Positions 1-11,518 of a stretch of 64,000 nt of DNA are shown one piece after another. Numbering within the stretch: position 1 is the first letter of the stretch; every line of letters starts with the position of its first letter. This DNA comes from Coniocarpon cinnabarinum (lineage: Eukaryota). The stretch is taken from positions 1-64,000 of the forward strand of contig JAVECO010000004.1 of NCBI GenBank assembly GCA_051942205.1. The letters are read 5' to 3'. A program made the translations under genes and the position numbers. The notes under the pieces are model-generated. The model saw nothing but the letters and a program-made list of their open reading frames with translations, did not search any database and was not told where the DNA came from.

Positions 1-160
1 CCTGGTCCGTATGTTCCTGGTCCGTATGTTCCTGGTCCGTATGTTCCTGGTCCGTATGTTCCTGGTCCGTATGTTCCTGGTCCGTATGTTCCTGGTCCGT
101 ATGTTCCTGGTCCGTATGTTCCTGGTCCGTATGTTCTGGTCCCTATGTTCCTGGTCCGTA
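1..160. repeat. 15-bp minisatellite (CCTGGTCCGTATGTT)n, truncated by the window edge
   Basis: Nine perfect copies over 1-135, then degenerate copies to ~160; weaker CGTATG echoes continue to ~240. Confidence 0.95.
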
Positions 161-706
161 TATGCTTGGTCGTATCCTACAAGTATGTTCGCAATCGCAC
201 ATACTTGATCGTACGTACGCGGCCGTATGCGCAGTCGTATGCAATAACTAGCATAAACCTCGCCAATTTATTACACCCAGTCGTCCGATAATATATATAT
301 ATATAACGTGGGGCGCCCTTGGATGCCACTTCAACCCATCGTGGTTAAATATCAACCCTCATCGACGGTGACTGCAACCTGTAGAGGTGTTTGGCTTAGC
401 TGTGTAATGCGAAGGACTACACTAGCACTGAGCGGCGATAAAGCACGACATGCGCACCTTGCATTCTAAAATAACACAGAATGAGCATGTCTCCACGATT
501 CGCCGCGTTTCCGACGTAAGGCGCATTTGCCGATGCAAGTTTCGGTACAGCACAGACGAAGTAACGAGCGCTCGTGACACATCTGCTGTGTCTTTGCTCC
601 TCCATAATCATCTTCTCATGCAATTCATACAACTCACACAATTCATGTTACCATTGACTCAAGGAGCACGACGTGACCGTCTCTTCTCACGGAATCCATT
701 ATCATC

Positions 707-1981
707 TTACATCAGCGGAGCCTTCGTCCCATTTCCCAAAGTCGGCACCCTGAACAAAGGAAAAGGCCGCACCGTCCGATCACCCTGAACGCTTTGCTCG
801 ACACCCCCAGCGTATCCGGGCGTCCGCCACAGCTGATTCTCATTGAAATACACATACCCATCCCAGCCCACCACAATCGCATCCGTCCATCCAATCCTCG
901 GATCCCGCACATATACCTCGACCTCTCCCGTTTTCGCATCAAAAGTACTGAGCCCGTTTTGTTCGAAATTCCCGCAGTAGACGACATCATGATCATCCGC
1001 GTCGATCCCATCACTGACGCCCTTCTGCCCCAGACTCTGAACAGCCTGCCGGGCCCTTAACTCCGCGTTGGGAGAGCGATCCCGCAATTTGGCCGTCGGG
1101 ACCGCGAAGAGGTTCCGACTCCCCGTCACGCTCCAAAAAAGCGTGGCCCCATCCGCCGAGAGCGCAATACCGTCCGCGCCCGTCTCATCGTAGGACGGGT
1201 TCCCCTGCGGATCAAGCTTGTACGACGGCTCGCCCCACACCGAGACAAAATGCTGCGCCTCGCCCTGCGTGCGGAAATCGGTGTCGAGGCGGCGCCAGGC
1301 GTCGCCGGTGCCGAGGTCCACGACGACGAGGCCGTTTTTGCCGTCGGCGGAGGAGTCGGTGATGTAGGCGATGCCGTGGCCGGATGCGGAGAGGTGAGGG
1401 GAGAGGTCGATGCGGAGGTCGTTGAGGTAGGAGACGGCGCCCGCGACGGCGGTGGGGAATGTGATTGTTTTGGCGACCGTGTCCGTGGCGAGGTCGATGG
1501 CGACGAGCTTGGGACCGCCGGGCGCTGGTGGGAGAAGTGTACCGGTGTGGTCGATGACGCGGCCAATGTCGAGAAGCCAGAGGGTGTCATTGCCGTCGAT
1601 GGCGATGCCCTGTACGGAAATCAATCTATCTGCGGAATTGACCGTCGATGGCGGCGTGGTGGTCGTGTTGATGCGACCCATGGGTGGGGTATTGATGTCG
1701 GCGTTGGGATATGGCGTCTCGGTAGAGTTGGCGGTGAGCTCGGCAAGGGTGTAGCCGCCAATGTTAGCAGCCACGAGAGCAGCGGGGTACGAGGAGAACA
1801 TGCGGCCGGTGTGGGAGATGGCGAAGCCGGTGGGGAACTGGTCGTGGAAGAGGTGGACGACCTCGAGTGGCGGGCCCGCGGTGCCGGGGTCGGAAGCGAG
1901 CTGTTGACATTGTGTGGGGGTGATGAGGAGAGCGAGGAGAGCGAGGAGAGCAAGGAGAGAAGAGAGAAGCGAGGCGAGCAT
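707..1981 (-). CDS. Secreted major royal jelly protein (MRJP/yellow) family beta-propeller protein
   Basis: Intronless 424-aa ORF with a Leu-rich signal peptide. Motifs ISVQGIAIDGNDTLWLLDIG, GPKLVAIDL, YLNDLRID, AYITDSS, GADGIALSADG and DPRIGWTD are typical of fungal and bacterial MRJP proteins. Confidence 0.9.
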   Translation of the reverse strand: MLASLLSSLLALLALLALLITPTQCQQLASDPGTAGPPLEVVHLFHDQFPTGFAISHTGRMFSSYPAALVAANIGGYTLAELTANSTETPYPNADINTPPMGRINTTTTPPSTVNSADRLISVQGIAIDGNDTLWLLDIGRVIDHTGTLLPPAPGGPKLVAIDLATDTVAKTITFPTAVAGAVSYLNDLRIDLSPHLSASGHGIAYITDSSADGKNGLVVVDLGTGDAWRRLDTDFRTQGEAQHFVSVWGEPSYKLDPQGNPSYDETGADGIALSADGATLFWSVTGSRNLFAVPTAKLRDRSPNAELRARQAVQSLGQKGVSDGIDADDHDVVYCGNFEQNGLSTFDAKTGEVEVYVRDPRIGWTDAIVVGWDGYVYFNENQLWRTPGYAGGVEQSVQGDRTVRPFPLFRVPTLGNGTKAPLM

Positions 1982-2699
1982 GATGGGGATAATTTGGTCG
2001 AGGCGGTCGCGCTATTGGACGGGGAGAGGTCTGCGGGCTAGAGGTGGCCGTTGCGGCGCCATTGGCACTTATATATATGAGCGCAATGCGGAAAATCCGG
2101 TTGATCTACAGGAATACCTTGAACGTCATGTACCGTTGTGCTGGTGTGACCGGCTCTTGGCTCGCAGCACCGGTAGTGGTCTTTTGGATCGTTCCTCTGC
2201 TGATATCGCAGTCTGGATGCTCTGTGTCGTTGCTTGTGACTGACACCATGCTTGCGACCGGGACCAGTTTGTGTTTCCTGGGCATATTCGCCATGTTCGA
2301 GTTCCAGATAGCACAACCGGGCTCTCTATCCGGATCTCAAAAGGACCTGTGGAGATCTGGTTCAGAGGCTTTGTGGGGAGTGACGTCAAAGCGATGGTGA
2401 CACGGCGTCGGCACGAGCTCGCAAGCGCTCATTTGTCCCAGTCGTTGCAAGAATGCGCAACGAAGCCATGCGGGCCGGTGAGCCAGGTGAGTGGGATGGT
2501 TGCGGAGGTGCAGTCGTCTACTGGCAGACTGGCAGAGGAGTTTGACATTGGAACGATCAGAGAGGTCGAGGTCGAGGTCGTGGGAGCATTCCGGGCCACT
2601 AGAACGGCTGGGATGGCGCCCTTGGCCTTTTTAGGGCTTCAAAGGCCTGGAGCGCCCCCAATTGAAGTCGACGACGCCGCTGTGAGGGCGCTGGAGGAG

Positions 2700-2723
2700 C
2701 AGCAGCAGCAGCAGCAGCAGCAG
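2700..2723 (+). repeat. (CAG)8 microsatellite
   Basis: Directly visible in the sequence. Confidence 0.9.
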
Positions 2724-4116
2724 CGCCCCGCCTGCAGTCACGCAACACTGGGCACTGGCGAGGTCAGCAGGGCGGGGCATGAGCAGCCCCTCGAAGCCGG
2801 CAGCCGGACAACGACCCCCGGCCGACGCCCCCAAACTCAATTCCAGGGCGCAACCGCAACCGCAACCCCCAGCGTCGGGCGACCAAGGCCTTCGGTTGGG
2901 GGCGTCGGCCTCCCCCGTGTCTCCTCGGAGCAGCGCTTGGCAACGACTCTCAGCCTCCCTCTCCTTCGTTCCCGGTCCTTGGTTGTGCTGTCGGCGCCAG
3001 TAAACCTACCCTTTCTGCGCAGTACCGCGCTCACCCCTCGCTATCTGTCGCCTGTCGCCTCTGACGCTCGGGTCGTGTGCTTGGCTCTGTCAGATCGATC
3101 TAATCTCCTCGCGGAGCCAAACCGTGGGGCAAGAGTCCTGGGACCTCAGACGGGGCTTCGCCCATTCCACAACCAGCAGTGCCCTCCAGCCTCTCCTCTC
3201 CTTCCCCGGGCCTCCCTGGATGCGCATGCATTCCGACTGCGCGCAGCTCGCCGTCTTCCCTTCGAGGCGCCCGCGAAGTGGACTCCAGTTGAAGACGCTG
3301 GACGGAGAGGCGCCGATGTCCAGAAGCACGTGCGGTGCGTGCATGCGTGTGGATCGCCCTCCATCCTGGTCGCCAACCGGCCCCCCCTTGCAGTCGCAGC
3401 GTGGCTCGCTTGTATATGGGCTGTCTCTCAACGCATCTCCATCCGGAGGCGTCCGCCGCGACGAATCGCGTATTCCAACAATACTCTTCAACACCGCCGC
3501 TGCTGCCGCTATCCCCTTTGAGTAATATTTCGGAAGAAAAAGCACTCGAACCGGGCGCCTTCCACCTCGGCGGCGGCCCTCCGAACCATTAGGAACGCTG
3601 TCTCAGATGTTTGCGTCAGCCCTGCTTCCGGTGCGGGCAACTCGAGTCTCAAGCTGAGGCGCGACCGGATCTGTTTCAGACCCCTCGTGGACGTCCCATG
3701 GCCCTACCCTTATCAGCTGGCGCTGCACTCCCAAGATATATGGGCGGTATGGCCCCCTGCAAGATGCCCTCTGCTCAGTCCTATTCTGGTGAGTATGATG
3801 CTGCAACACTATTGCACATGCCCAAGCTGTCTCACCGCGCGCATCGGCCGCATCGCCAGCTGAGATGGGCTCCGTCGAGTTTTGTTCACCACGATGCCGT
3901 ACCTCTGGTATTCGGTGAGGGCCCGAGTCTGCATTTCTTGCTCCGGTTCTCTGGGCAGTGGGATAGCTCTTCCAGAAGGCAACGGCCGTGAGCGTGGTCT
4001 TGTTCATATAACTCATAGCCCTCCCAAGCCCCCTATCTCATGAATCAAGAGCAGCCCCAATCCTCCGCGTCCCAGCTCGTCCTAGTGCGTGAATATTTCC
4101 CCCTTTCAGGCAAAGC

Positions 4117-5007
4117 ATGGCTGTTAAGGTTCCTCCGGCGTCTTCTTCGTCTTCGTCCTTATTTACCCCCACCTTACACAAGACCCAGCGCCCTTCATCC
4201 CATCATGCAATTGCCAGTCGGCTCACCCAATTCCACAGCGAAGTCGTGCAAGACGAGAGCGGCGGCATTCAGATTCCAGACTTAAGCCCAGAAGACCGTG
4301 AGGTGGAGAGCCAGATCTTGGCGAGAGCTGAAGAGCTGGCCGATGTGGTGTTCAAGGCGGCAGTCGTTGTCAAGGCGCACCAAAATTGCCTGCATGATGC
4401 GACGATCCAGCGGCGCCTCAGGGGTTGCGACAACATCGTCTGCATGGGGCTGGGCACACTTTCGGGTCCGTTAATCGATGACAACATACCTCGTCTAAAC
4501 CGACGTCTGAGCCAACTTCTCTTTGGTGCGATTCTTGCGAAATGGATCCAGGAAGCGCGGGCAAACAGCCCCAAGGAAGCACCACCGCTACGATCCTGGC
4601 ATCGCATTAAGCTCTTCTTCCAAGATCCCGCCTTTACTGACATCGACGTCGCAATCTTGGCTCGCTTCGGGATAGTCGCCATGCGCAAAGGAGTTGAGGA
4701 TCTGTTTTCAGAAAGGACGTTGTGGTATGCGCCAACTTTGCTGCAAAAAAAGACACCTGCCGAGTCAATAACGCGACGGATCAAAATCTTCCTGACCGAC
4801 TTCATCACGAGCGAGTACGATGGCTACTCACCCAACTTCAAGGCTCTTCAACGCTATATGCGTAATGACTGTCAGGAGCATGTCTTTCTGCCGTTGCGAA
4901 ATGTGGATCGCGCAACATTGCGCATGAACCAAGAGCGAGATCCCGCGAGCTCAGCATTGTACAACATGGGCCTATGGATACGGAAAGACGAAGATCAAAA
5001 GCCTTGA
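4117..5007 (+). CDS. SRR1-like domain protein
   Basis: 296-aa ORF with IVCMGLGTL ... SQL ... FFQDPAFTDID ... TLWYAP, the motif order of SRR1 domains. Start codon uncertain. Confidence 0.7.
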   Translation: MAVKVPPASSSSSSLFTPTLHKTQRPSSHHAIASRLTQFHSEVVQDESGGIQIPDLSPEDREVESQILARAEELADVVFKAAVVVKAHQNCLHDATIQRRLRGCDNIVCMGLGTLSGPLIDDNIPRLNRRLSQLLFGAILAKWIQEARANSPKEAPPLRSWHRIKLFFQDPAFTDIDVAILARFGIVAMRKGVEDLFSERTLWYAPTLLQKKTPAESITRRIKIFLTDFITSEYDGYSPNFKALQRYMRNDCQEHVFLPLRNVDRATLRMNQERDPASSALYNMGLWIRKDEDQKP

Positions 5008-6059
5008 CGCTTACCGACTGCGCGCCTCAGATGATAAAGTCTTTGGTGCTGACTGATGCTGGAGCGTCAACGTGAAGGGAGTGGTCGTAATCTTTATGAT
5101 TAAGCCAACGAGACGACCTGCAGGATCTCGTCTTCCGCGTTCGAACACGTTTGCACAATCTTCAAACAGCGACTGCAAAGGTGTGCTCAATGCAACGCGG
5201 TAAGCTTGGCAATAGAGACAGGGCTACTGCATTTGATACTTGACGCATTGCTAGATCAGGGCGTGACTCTGAAAGTGCAGGTATTGGCGCTGGCGACGCT
5301 TGAGGGTTGTAAAGGCTATTTGCCAATTTCCGACACGGGCTGTGGGAATATAGAGACTAGAAAGCAGTCCCAACTGGGGCTTGTCTGACGAGGTAGAGCA
5401 TAGGAGATCTTGCGAATCGATGTGGTCTGTCGTATCTGTCTTCAACCTCGCAGCAGGTGTTACTTTTTCCCGAGCAGCAGCAAGCGACCGAAAATGTGGA
5501 CCATCATAGGACGGCAGAGATCGTAGCGTGTTTCACAGATGTGCTGTCATGCTGAGCAGAGAAATGAGGGGGCCAGACGGTGCCAGAGGAAGATAGCATG
5601 GGCGCACGGACTCCTTCTCGATGCTCCTGCGCCGTTCTAAAGCACCCACCATTCTTGTACCAAACCAGTATAGCGCTTTCGCTAGTAAGACGAGCGGCAC
5701 GGAAGGGGGTTGTGGCGTGGTGGTATGCCACAGCGCTCCATCGTCTCTTCGCGAGTGAGGACATGCGTTTGAGTGTGCGCGGGCCGCATTGAATCCTGCG
5801 GTAGGCTTTGAAAGTCATGATAGGTTGAGACCTTGTAGAGCGACTGTCGGTGCTTTGTGCATCTACCAGAAAGGCCCACACCTCTAAGTGCAGACCAGGT
5901 GTGCACGAATCTTGGGTCAAGTAATGTGGAGCAACAAAGTTCGATATTTAGCATGTCGCAAAGCCGTCAGCCTGCGGGTTCGCCAAGTGCTGCAAAGGCG
6001 ATTTGCTCGATCTTCTTAGACATTTTGCGCGTCGCTGGCGCGTCTCCCCTCGCTTGCAA

Positions 6060-7467
6060 ATGAGCCATCCAACAGGTCCTCCGCCAGGAGTTTCAGTGGC
6101 TGGCCCCCCGTTCGGTCCGCCACCCGGTGTTGCCTCTCATGGCCATCCACCGTCCTGTACCGGAGAAGGTCGGGGCATTTATTTGCTGGCGGTGGAAAGC
6201 AGCGTCATTGCCATCGTAATTCTGACAACTTTGATGCGAGCCATCGTGCGACTCAAGATTGTGAAGGCAGCCAGCTGGGATGATCTGCTGCTCTTACTTG
6301 GATTTGTTTGTGCACCCTATCAGCGCGCTAGCGCATCGATGATTTCAAAGTGAGCATCGTGGACTGACACGCCTGGTCAGCTGTTGCTCGTCGCCGATTA
6401 CGGGCTAGAAGTGACGGAAGTCCACCACGGTCTTGGACGTCACGTCTATTGCGTATCACCAGGCGCGCTTTCAAAGATAAACGCGCTGCAATACGCCACA
6501 CAGGTCATAACAGTCGCTTCGACCATGTTCACACGTCTTTCGATCTGTGTCTTCCTGTTGAGAGTGTTCACCATCAGTAAAACGGGCAGGTGGTTCCTTT
6601 ATTTCCTGATGGGCTTGATCACTGTCATGAGCGTGGTGACCGGCTCTCTTCTCATTCCTCGGTGTTCACCAAGGGCGAAGCTCTGGAACCCAAGCCTGCC
6701 TGGTCACTGCTCGAGTCATCAGGAGGATGCAATTGTTGGATACGTCAATGGCTGTAAGTCAAGCTAGAAACCCGAGGAATATATTCAGGACTGACGGAGC
6801 CGTAGCTTTAGCGGTGCTCTGCGACTTGGCGCTGTCTGTCTTCCCATTGTACTTCTTGAAAAAATTGCAAATGAAATGGAAAATAAAAGCAGCGGTCAGC
6901 GTTCTGATGAGCCTGGGTTTTCTGTAAGACAATCTGGAAAGTGCGAAACGTTTCTGGATCTGACATTGGCTTCCCAGAACAGCGGCTGCTGCATTAGTCA
7001 GAACGATCCAGCTAGCCAAAGTGAAAGGCTCAGATTTTACTTGTGAGTGGTCTGACTCCAGATCGTCAAATTGCCTCAACACTTACGATCCTCGCAGATG
7101 AGCTCGTTTGGCTCACAATGTGGACATGGTGTGTTAATCCGACCCTGACCTACAAAGTCACCCTGACACGTGTAGGCTCGAGGCAGCGATTGCTGCCATC
7201 GTCGCAAATATGCCGACAATCAAGCCACTGTTTTCACGCCATCCGAGTCGGAGGACGACGCCTCAAGAAGTTCAAAGCTCTGAGCGTATCAAGTCGAGTG
7301 GCAAAGCAGCATCCCACAAACAATCTACCCAAAGCTCGCAGCGGTTTCTGGGCAAGAACAGCCGCCTGGATGACGAATATGAGGCCAGTCTGATGCCATT
7401 GAGCCCGTTGCGATACCCACCAATATCTCGGCCCATGAACGTTCATCATGTGGATGGCTTTCCATGA
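6060..7467 (+). CDS. PTH11-like / fungal rhodopsin-domain integral membrane protein (multi-exon)
   Basis: Spliced model (introns from 6306, 6754, ~6924, ~7043, ~7129) yields R.IVR....SWDD, HGLGRH, RLSICVFLLRVF, CSPRAKLWNP...GHC, DLALSVFP...LQM..K.K..V..LMSLG and E.....IVANMPTIKPLF. Confidence 0.85.
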
Positions 7468-8099
7468 AGTCCAGTCGTCAGTGACGGGCTCTCTGTAATA
7501 TATTTGTCGTGATGACGTCTACTGGGCTCATTGTGAAAGGAGCGAAGGTGTTCAAGAGCTTCACTCGCTACGGATCATTTCTTAGGCGTGCGGCAGAAAT
7601 CGACCAATTTTCTCGCACACGGCGTTGGCGAATCTGTATGCAGCGGAGGCTCTGAAGCACGGCGTGAGCCTCAGTGGCGGCTGCGTGTTGTCGAGTGTGC
7701 GCGTGCAATTTGTATCTGGCGAATGATTTGTTGTAGTGAGTTTCTGACATCTTTTGAGCAGGGTGCCACTCCGGCACGATTATCGCCGGAAGATGCCCGG
7801 TCACAACGACGTCGCAATACAACCACCGACAATTCGGACATGCTCCCACTAAAGTTGCGTAGCCAGATCAAAGCACTCCAGAGCTCAAAGCAGAGATACA
7901 ATTAGTATTCATGGATCTAGTCGGTTGCATTTTCTCAGAAGGCAAGCACTGTTGAATGTCAGAACCACCCGCAGGGGCGTCGGCAGAGTAATGACCGAGA
8001 TGACGATGATGGACGTGCAAGACGCACATATACAGGACTGTGCCGTGACTGGATGCACAGCATGGTCTAAGTATTGACCGCAGTTAGACCTATTCAGAC

Positions 8100-9143
8100 A
8101 TGGCGATTGGGTTCATTGGGCTGGGGGTCATGGGCTATCCCATGGTCAGCAACCTCGTTCAGAAGCTTTCAACGCAGGTTCATGTCTTCGATGTTCAGAG
8201 AGAGGCTTGTGAGCGCATTAAGGATGCCGGCGGCAGTAAGATTAATGTCTGTGGAAATGCTAGAGAGGTCGCATCATCCTCTGTACGTGGCTTGCTCTTC
8301 AAGGCCTGGTCTTGTACGCGTTGCATGTTGACTGCGCGGCCGGATTGCTGAGACCTGTGACAGGACGTGGTCTTGACCATGCTTCCTGAGGGAACCCATG
8401 TCCGCTCCGTCTACCTGGACACTGCTGATTCCATCATCGAAGCCGATCTCACCCACAAACTCCTGATCGACTGCTCTACAATTGACACCGCAACTTCGCT
8501 GTCTGTCAAGGAGCTACTCGCTTCAACGTGCTCGAGCTGCTCGTTTGTCGATGCGCCGGTCTCTGGCGGCGTGCTGGGTGCAGAGAAAGCAACCATGACT
8601 TTCATGGTCGGCTGCGCGCAGTCGTCTCCCCTCTTGCCTCGTGTCAGGGAGCTTCTCTTGCTCATGGGCGGTAATGTGATTGCATGTGGTGGTCCCTCCC
8701 TAGGCTTAACTGCGAAGCTTTGTAATAACTATTGCTCCGGCCTCATCGCAATCGCCACATCTGAAGCGATGAACATCGGCATTCGTTCCGGGATGGATCC
8801 TCGTGTACTGTCTGACGTCTTCAAAGTAAGTTTGGCGGGCAGCACGATCAATGAAAAGTGGAATCCTTGCCCTGGTGTGGTGCCAGATGCGCCCGCTAGC
8901 AACGGCTACAAGCCGGGTTTCCGCCTCGAATTGATGCGCAAGGATTTCAACCTGGCCGTTGAGACGGCCAAACGTGTAGACGCAAACCTGGCTCTGGGTG
9001 AAGCGGGTCTCAGTGTTTATTCACAAGCCATGACAGATGATCGCTGCAAGGGTTTAGACTCCAGAGTTGTCTATCGCTACTTGAACGGCGAAGAGGACTG
9101 GAAGGCCAAGCTAGGTCTGCGAGATGACCATCACCCTCAATAA
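8100..9143 (+). CDS. 3-hydroxyisobutyrate dehydrogenase family (NAD-binding, 6PGD-like)
   Basis: IGFIGLGVMGYPM, DCSTID, FVDAPVSGG, KLCNNY and LMRKDFNLA motifs; intron 8283-8363. Confidence 0.9.
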
Positions 9144-9165
9144 ATGATGCTGGTCACACTCAGTG

Positions 9166-9988
9166 TTACCTGACCTCTGGAGCGGGCGCCATGTTCGGGT
9201 CGGCTCCAAAGTCTCTTCCCGCGATGCGAACGTTCTCGGGTTCGCTCAGATCTTGCTCTTCCTGCGCCTGTCGCTGAAACATTCGCAGCCACCAGTTCGG
9301 CGGATCCAGAGGCCGATGTCCGCCGTACATGGGTGGGTAGACGTCGTTGAAAAAATAGTAAATGTGCCCAACTACAATGCCACAAATCTCATCCTTCGGC
9401 ACAATGCCATGCATCAACAGCGAGAAGCCGATCAATACCCAGGGTAAGAAAGGTGCTTTGAACACGACCAAGCCGAGAAAGCTGAGTCTGGTTTCGGGAT
9501 TGCGCCTACTCCAGATGTACACCAGAACACTCGACAGGGCGTGCCCGAGAAAGGGCATAGAAAGCAGGGGCGCCAGACAGAGGAGTATGCTTGACGCATA
9601 GGCGAGTAACCATGTGTAGTGTGCTGGCGAGCGGCCTGATGATTCCTCAAGCAGGCGAGAGTAGCGCTGCATGAAAAAGACGTGAAGGAGCAGGTCCAGG
9701 CTCAGTGGCCCAAAGTAGCAGAAAGTGGTTGCCAGCCTCCATAACTGTAGAAGGTGTCAGTGTACATTCAGCGCGCTGATAACAGTGCCTGGTGCAGACC
9801 TGGTTTTTGACGAAGACGGAGCGCAGGCTGTAGAACAGCGACAGCGGGCCAACTATATGGCATTGGACCAGTACGCTGATGACAACCGTCGCAGTCGTCC
9901 AGATGCGCGTGCAGACAGGCATCTCAAAGAACCATTGCTCTAGAGGAAACTGCTGGCCTAAACCACCCTCAGCGAGCATGTCGGCCAT
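9166..9988 (-). CDS. DER1: Derlin (Der1-like ERAD membrane protein)
   Basis: Spliced via intron 9745-9799: MPVCTRIWTT...QLWRLATTFCYFG...QRYSRLLEE...YIWSRRNP...APFLPWV...GIVVGHIYYF (WR and GxxxG motifs). Confidence 0.92.
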
Positions 9989-10589
9989 GATTCTGGGAAG
10001 GCGGCGCAAGTTGTTCTCGTTGTATGAGACGAATGCCAGCAAGAGAAGAAGAGGGGGAAAAGGGCCAGCAAGCGGACGATCATGTGCTAGTTCCGATCCA
10101 TTGTCGTTCCGGACCCAATGGCGAAGGCAGACAAGGGGCGCAGATGCGAGAGTTCCCGCAGTCAGATTGAAGAAGCGAGAGTAGAAGATGCCAGCTTGCC
10201 TTTCAGCATGACAAGCACAAGCGTGACAAGGTACCTGCGAAAGAGATCCTTATCGATACAGTGGAGTAGTGCCTGAGATCTGGGGCACTGATGTCGTCTC
10301 AAAGCCTCGACGCGCATTGTTGATTTCCTCCAGCGCGTACCAGCCACACGCGTGCGCGCAGCAGATTCCTTGCCATCGCATCTTCGTCCCAGTACGGAAT
10401 ATGCTCGACGCGCAAGACGTCCTCCGACACAAGCTCATTCCTCTTAGCACTCCGAAAGCTTCCTGAAACCTGCGCGACTCGCCAACATCTTCCTGCCACG
10501 ATCTCACCCGACCAGCCGCATTTCGCAATCGCATTCCGTCACTGTAGCACATCAGGAAAACGCGGCGCAAAGGCGCGCGCGCACCGAAA

Positions 10590-11069
10590 ATGCCCCCCAA
10601 GACAGCAAGAAAGTCCGTCGCGGGTCGAGGCACCGCAAAGCGCACGTCGGGTGCACGCAAATCGACCTCCAATGCTCCGCGAACGCCGACAAACCCCGCC
10701 ACGGGTCGCAAAACCACTGGAAAGACCACAGCGCGCACATCTACCGGCACACCCAGAAAGCGGCGATACAGACCCGGCACTAAAGCTCTGAAAGAGATTC
10801 GCCAGTACCAGCGCTCAACCGATTTATTGATCTCGAAGCTCCCCTTCTCGAGGCTGGTCAGAGAGATAGCCCTGAACAGTGTGCCAGAGAGCTTTGGGGT
10901 CAGATGGCAGAGCCATGCGATCATGGCGTTGCAGGAAGCGGTCGAGGCCTTTTTGGTCCATTTGTTTGAGGATACGAACCTGTGCGCGATCCATGCGAAA
11001 AGGGTGACAATTATGCAAAAGGATATTCAATTAGCGAGACGAATCAGGGGCGCGTGGGGAGGTAGCTGA
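10590..11069 (+). CDS. CSE4: Centromeric histone H3 variant CENP-A/Cse4
   Basis: H3 fold [36 protein letters not shown], extended loop 1, RWQS instead of [26 protein letters not shown] and a divergent N-tail are all CenH3 diagnostics. Confidence 0.93.
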   Translation: MPPKTARKSVAGRGTAKRTSGARKSTSNAPRTPTNPATGRKTTGKTTARTSTGTPRKRRYRPGTKALKEIRQYQRSTDLLISKLPFSRLVREIALNSVPESFGVRWQSHAIMALQEAVEAFLVHLFEDTNLCAIHAKRVTIMQKDIQLARRIRGAWGGS

Positions 11070-11518
11070 TGAAGCTGTTGTTTCGCACACAGAAGTCCTC
11101 ACTGCTTTTGCTTGGCTTGATCGCAAATGTCCTCCGGCTGTATTCACTACTATCCTGTTACCGGCTGTGTTCCACTGATTAGCGGAAAGCTCCGGCGGAG
11201 CAGGACCTGATCTCGAGACTACGAAGGCGAAGGCGAGGGAGACGTTGCTTTGGTGCAAGAAGAGATGCTTGATGTGCTGAGGCGAAAGTCTTTGGAAGTT
11301 ATAAGGGCCTTTACGAATCTAGTTGATACCCTCCCCCCATTCATGCTTATTTGTCGTAATCTGTGTTGAAATGCTCTGTCCCCGGTATTGTTGTTTGCGC
11401 ACGCCGTGTTGCACGCAGTGGCACGCGTAACCATCTCTAGGCTCGACAATGCCGTGACCATCCGCCCACTACAATAACGCCTGGGCTATGCCTCAAGTTT
11501 TGAAATGGTATCACGCAA

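Noticed and set aside
1..160. Repeat read as a CRISPR array, a telomere or the 5S rRNA 5' end (minus-strand ACATACGGACCAGG)
   Set aside because: No spacers, not TTAGGG-like, and no remainder of a 5S gene follows.
11..208. 65-aa (MFLVR)n ORF
   Set aside because: Artefact of translating the 15-bp minisatellite.
1250..2041. 263-aa plus-strand ORF
   Set aside because: Antisense shadow of the GC-rich MRJP gene.
10250..10924. 224-aa minus-strand ORF
   Set aside because: Overlaps CENP-A antisense; no protein-like features.
10590..11069. Canonical histone H3
   Set aside because: Divergent tail, longer loop 1 and W in RWQS indicate CenH3.
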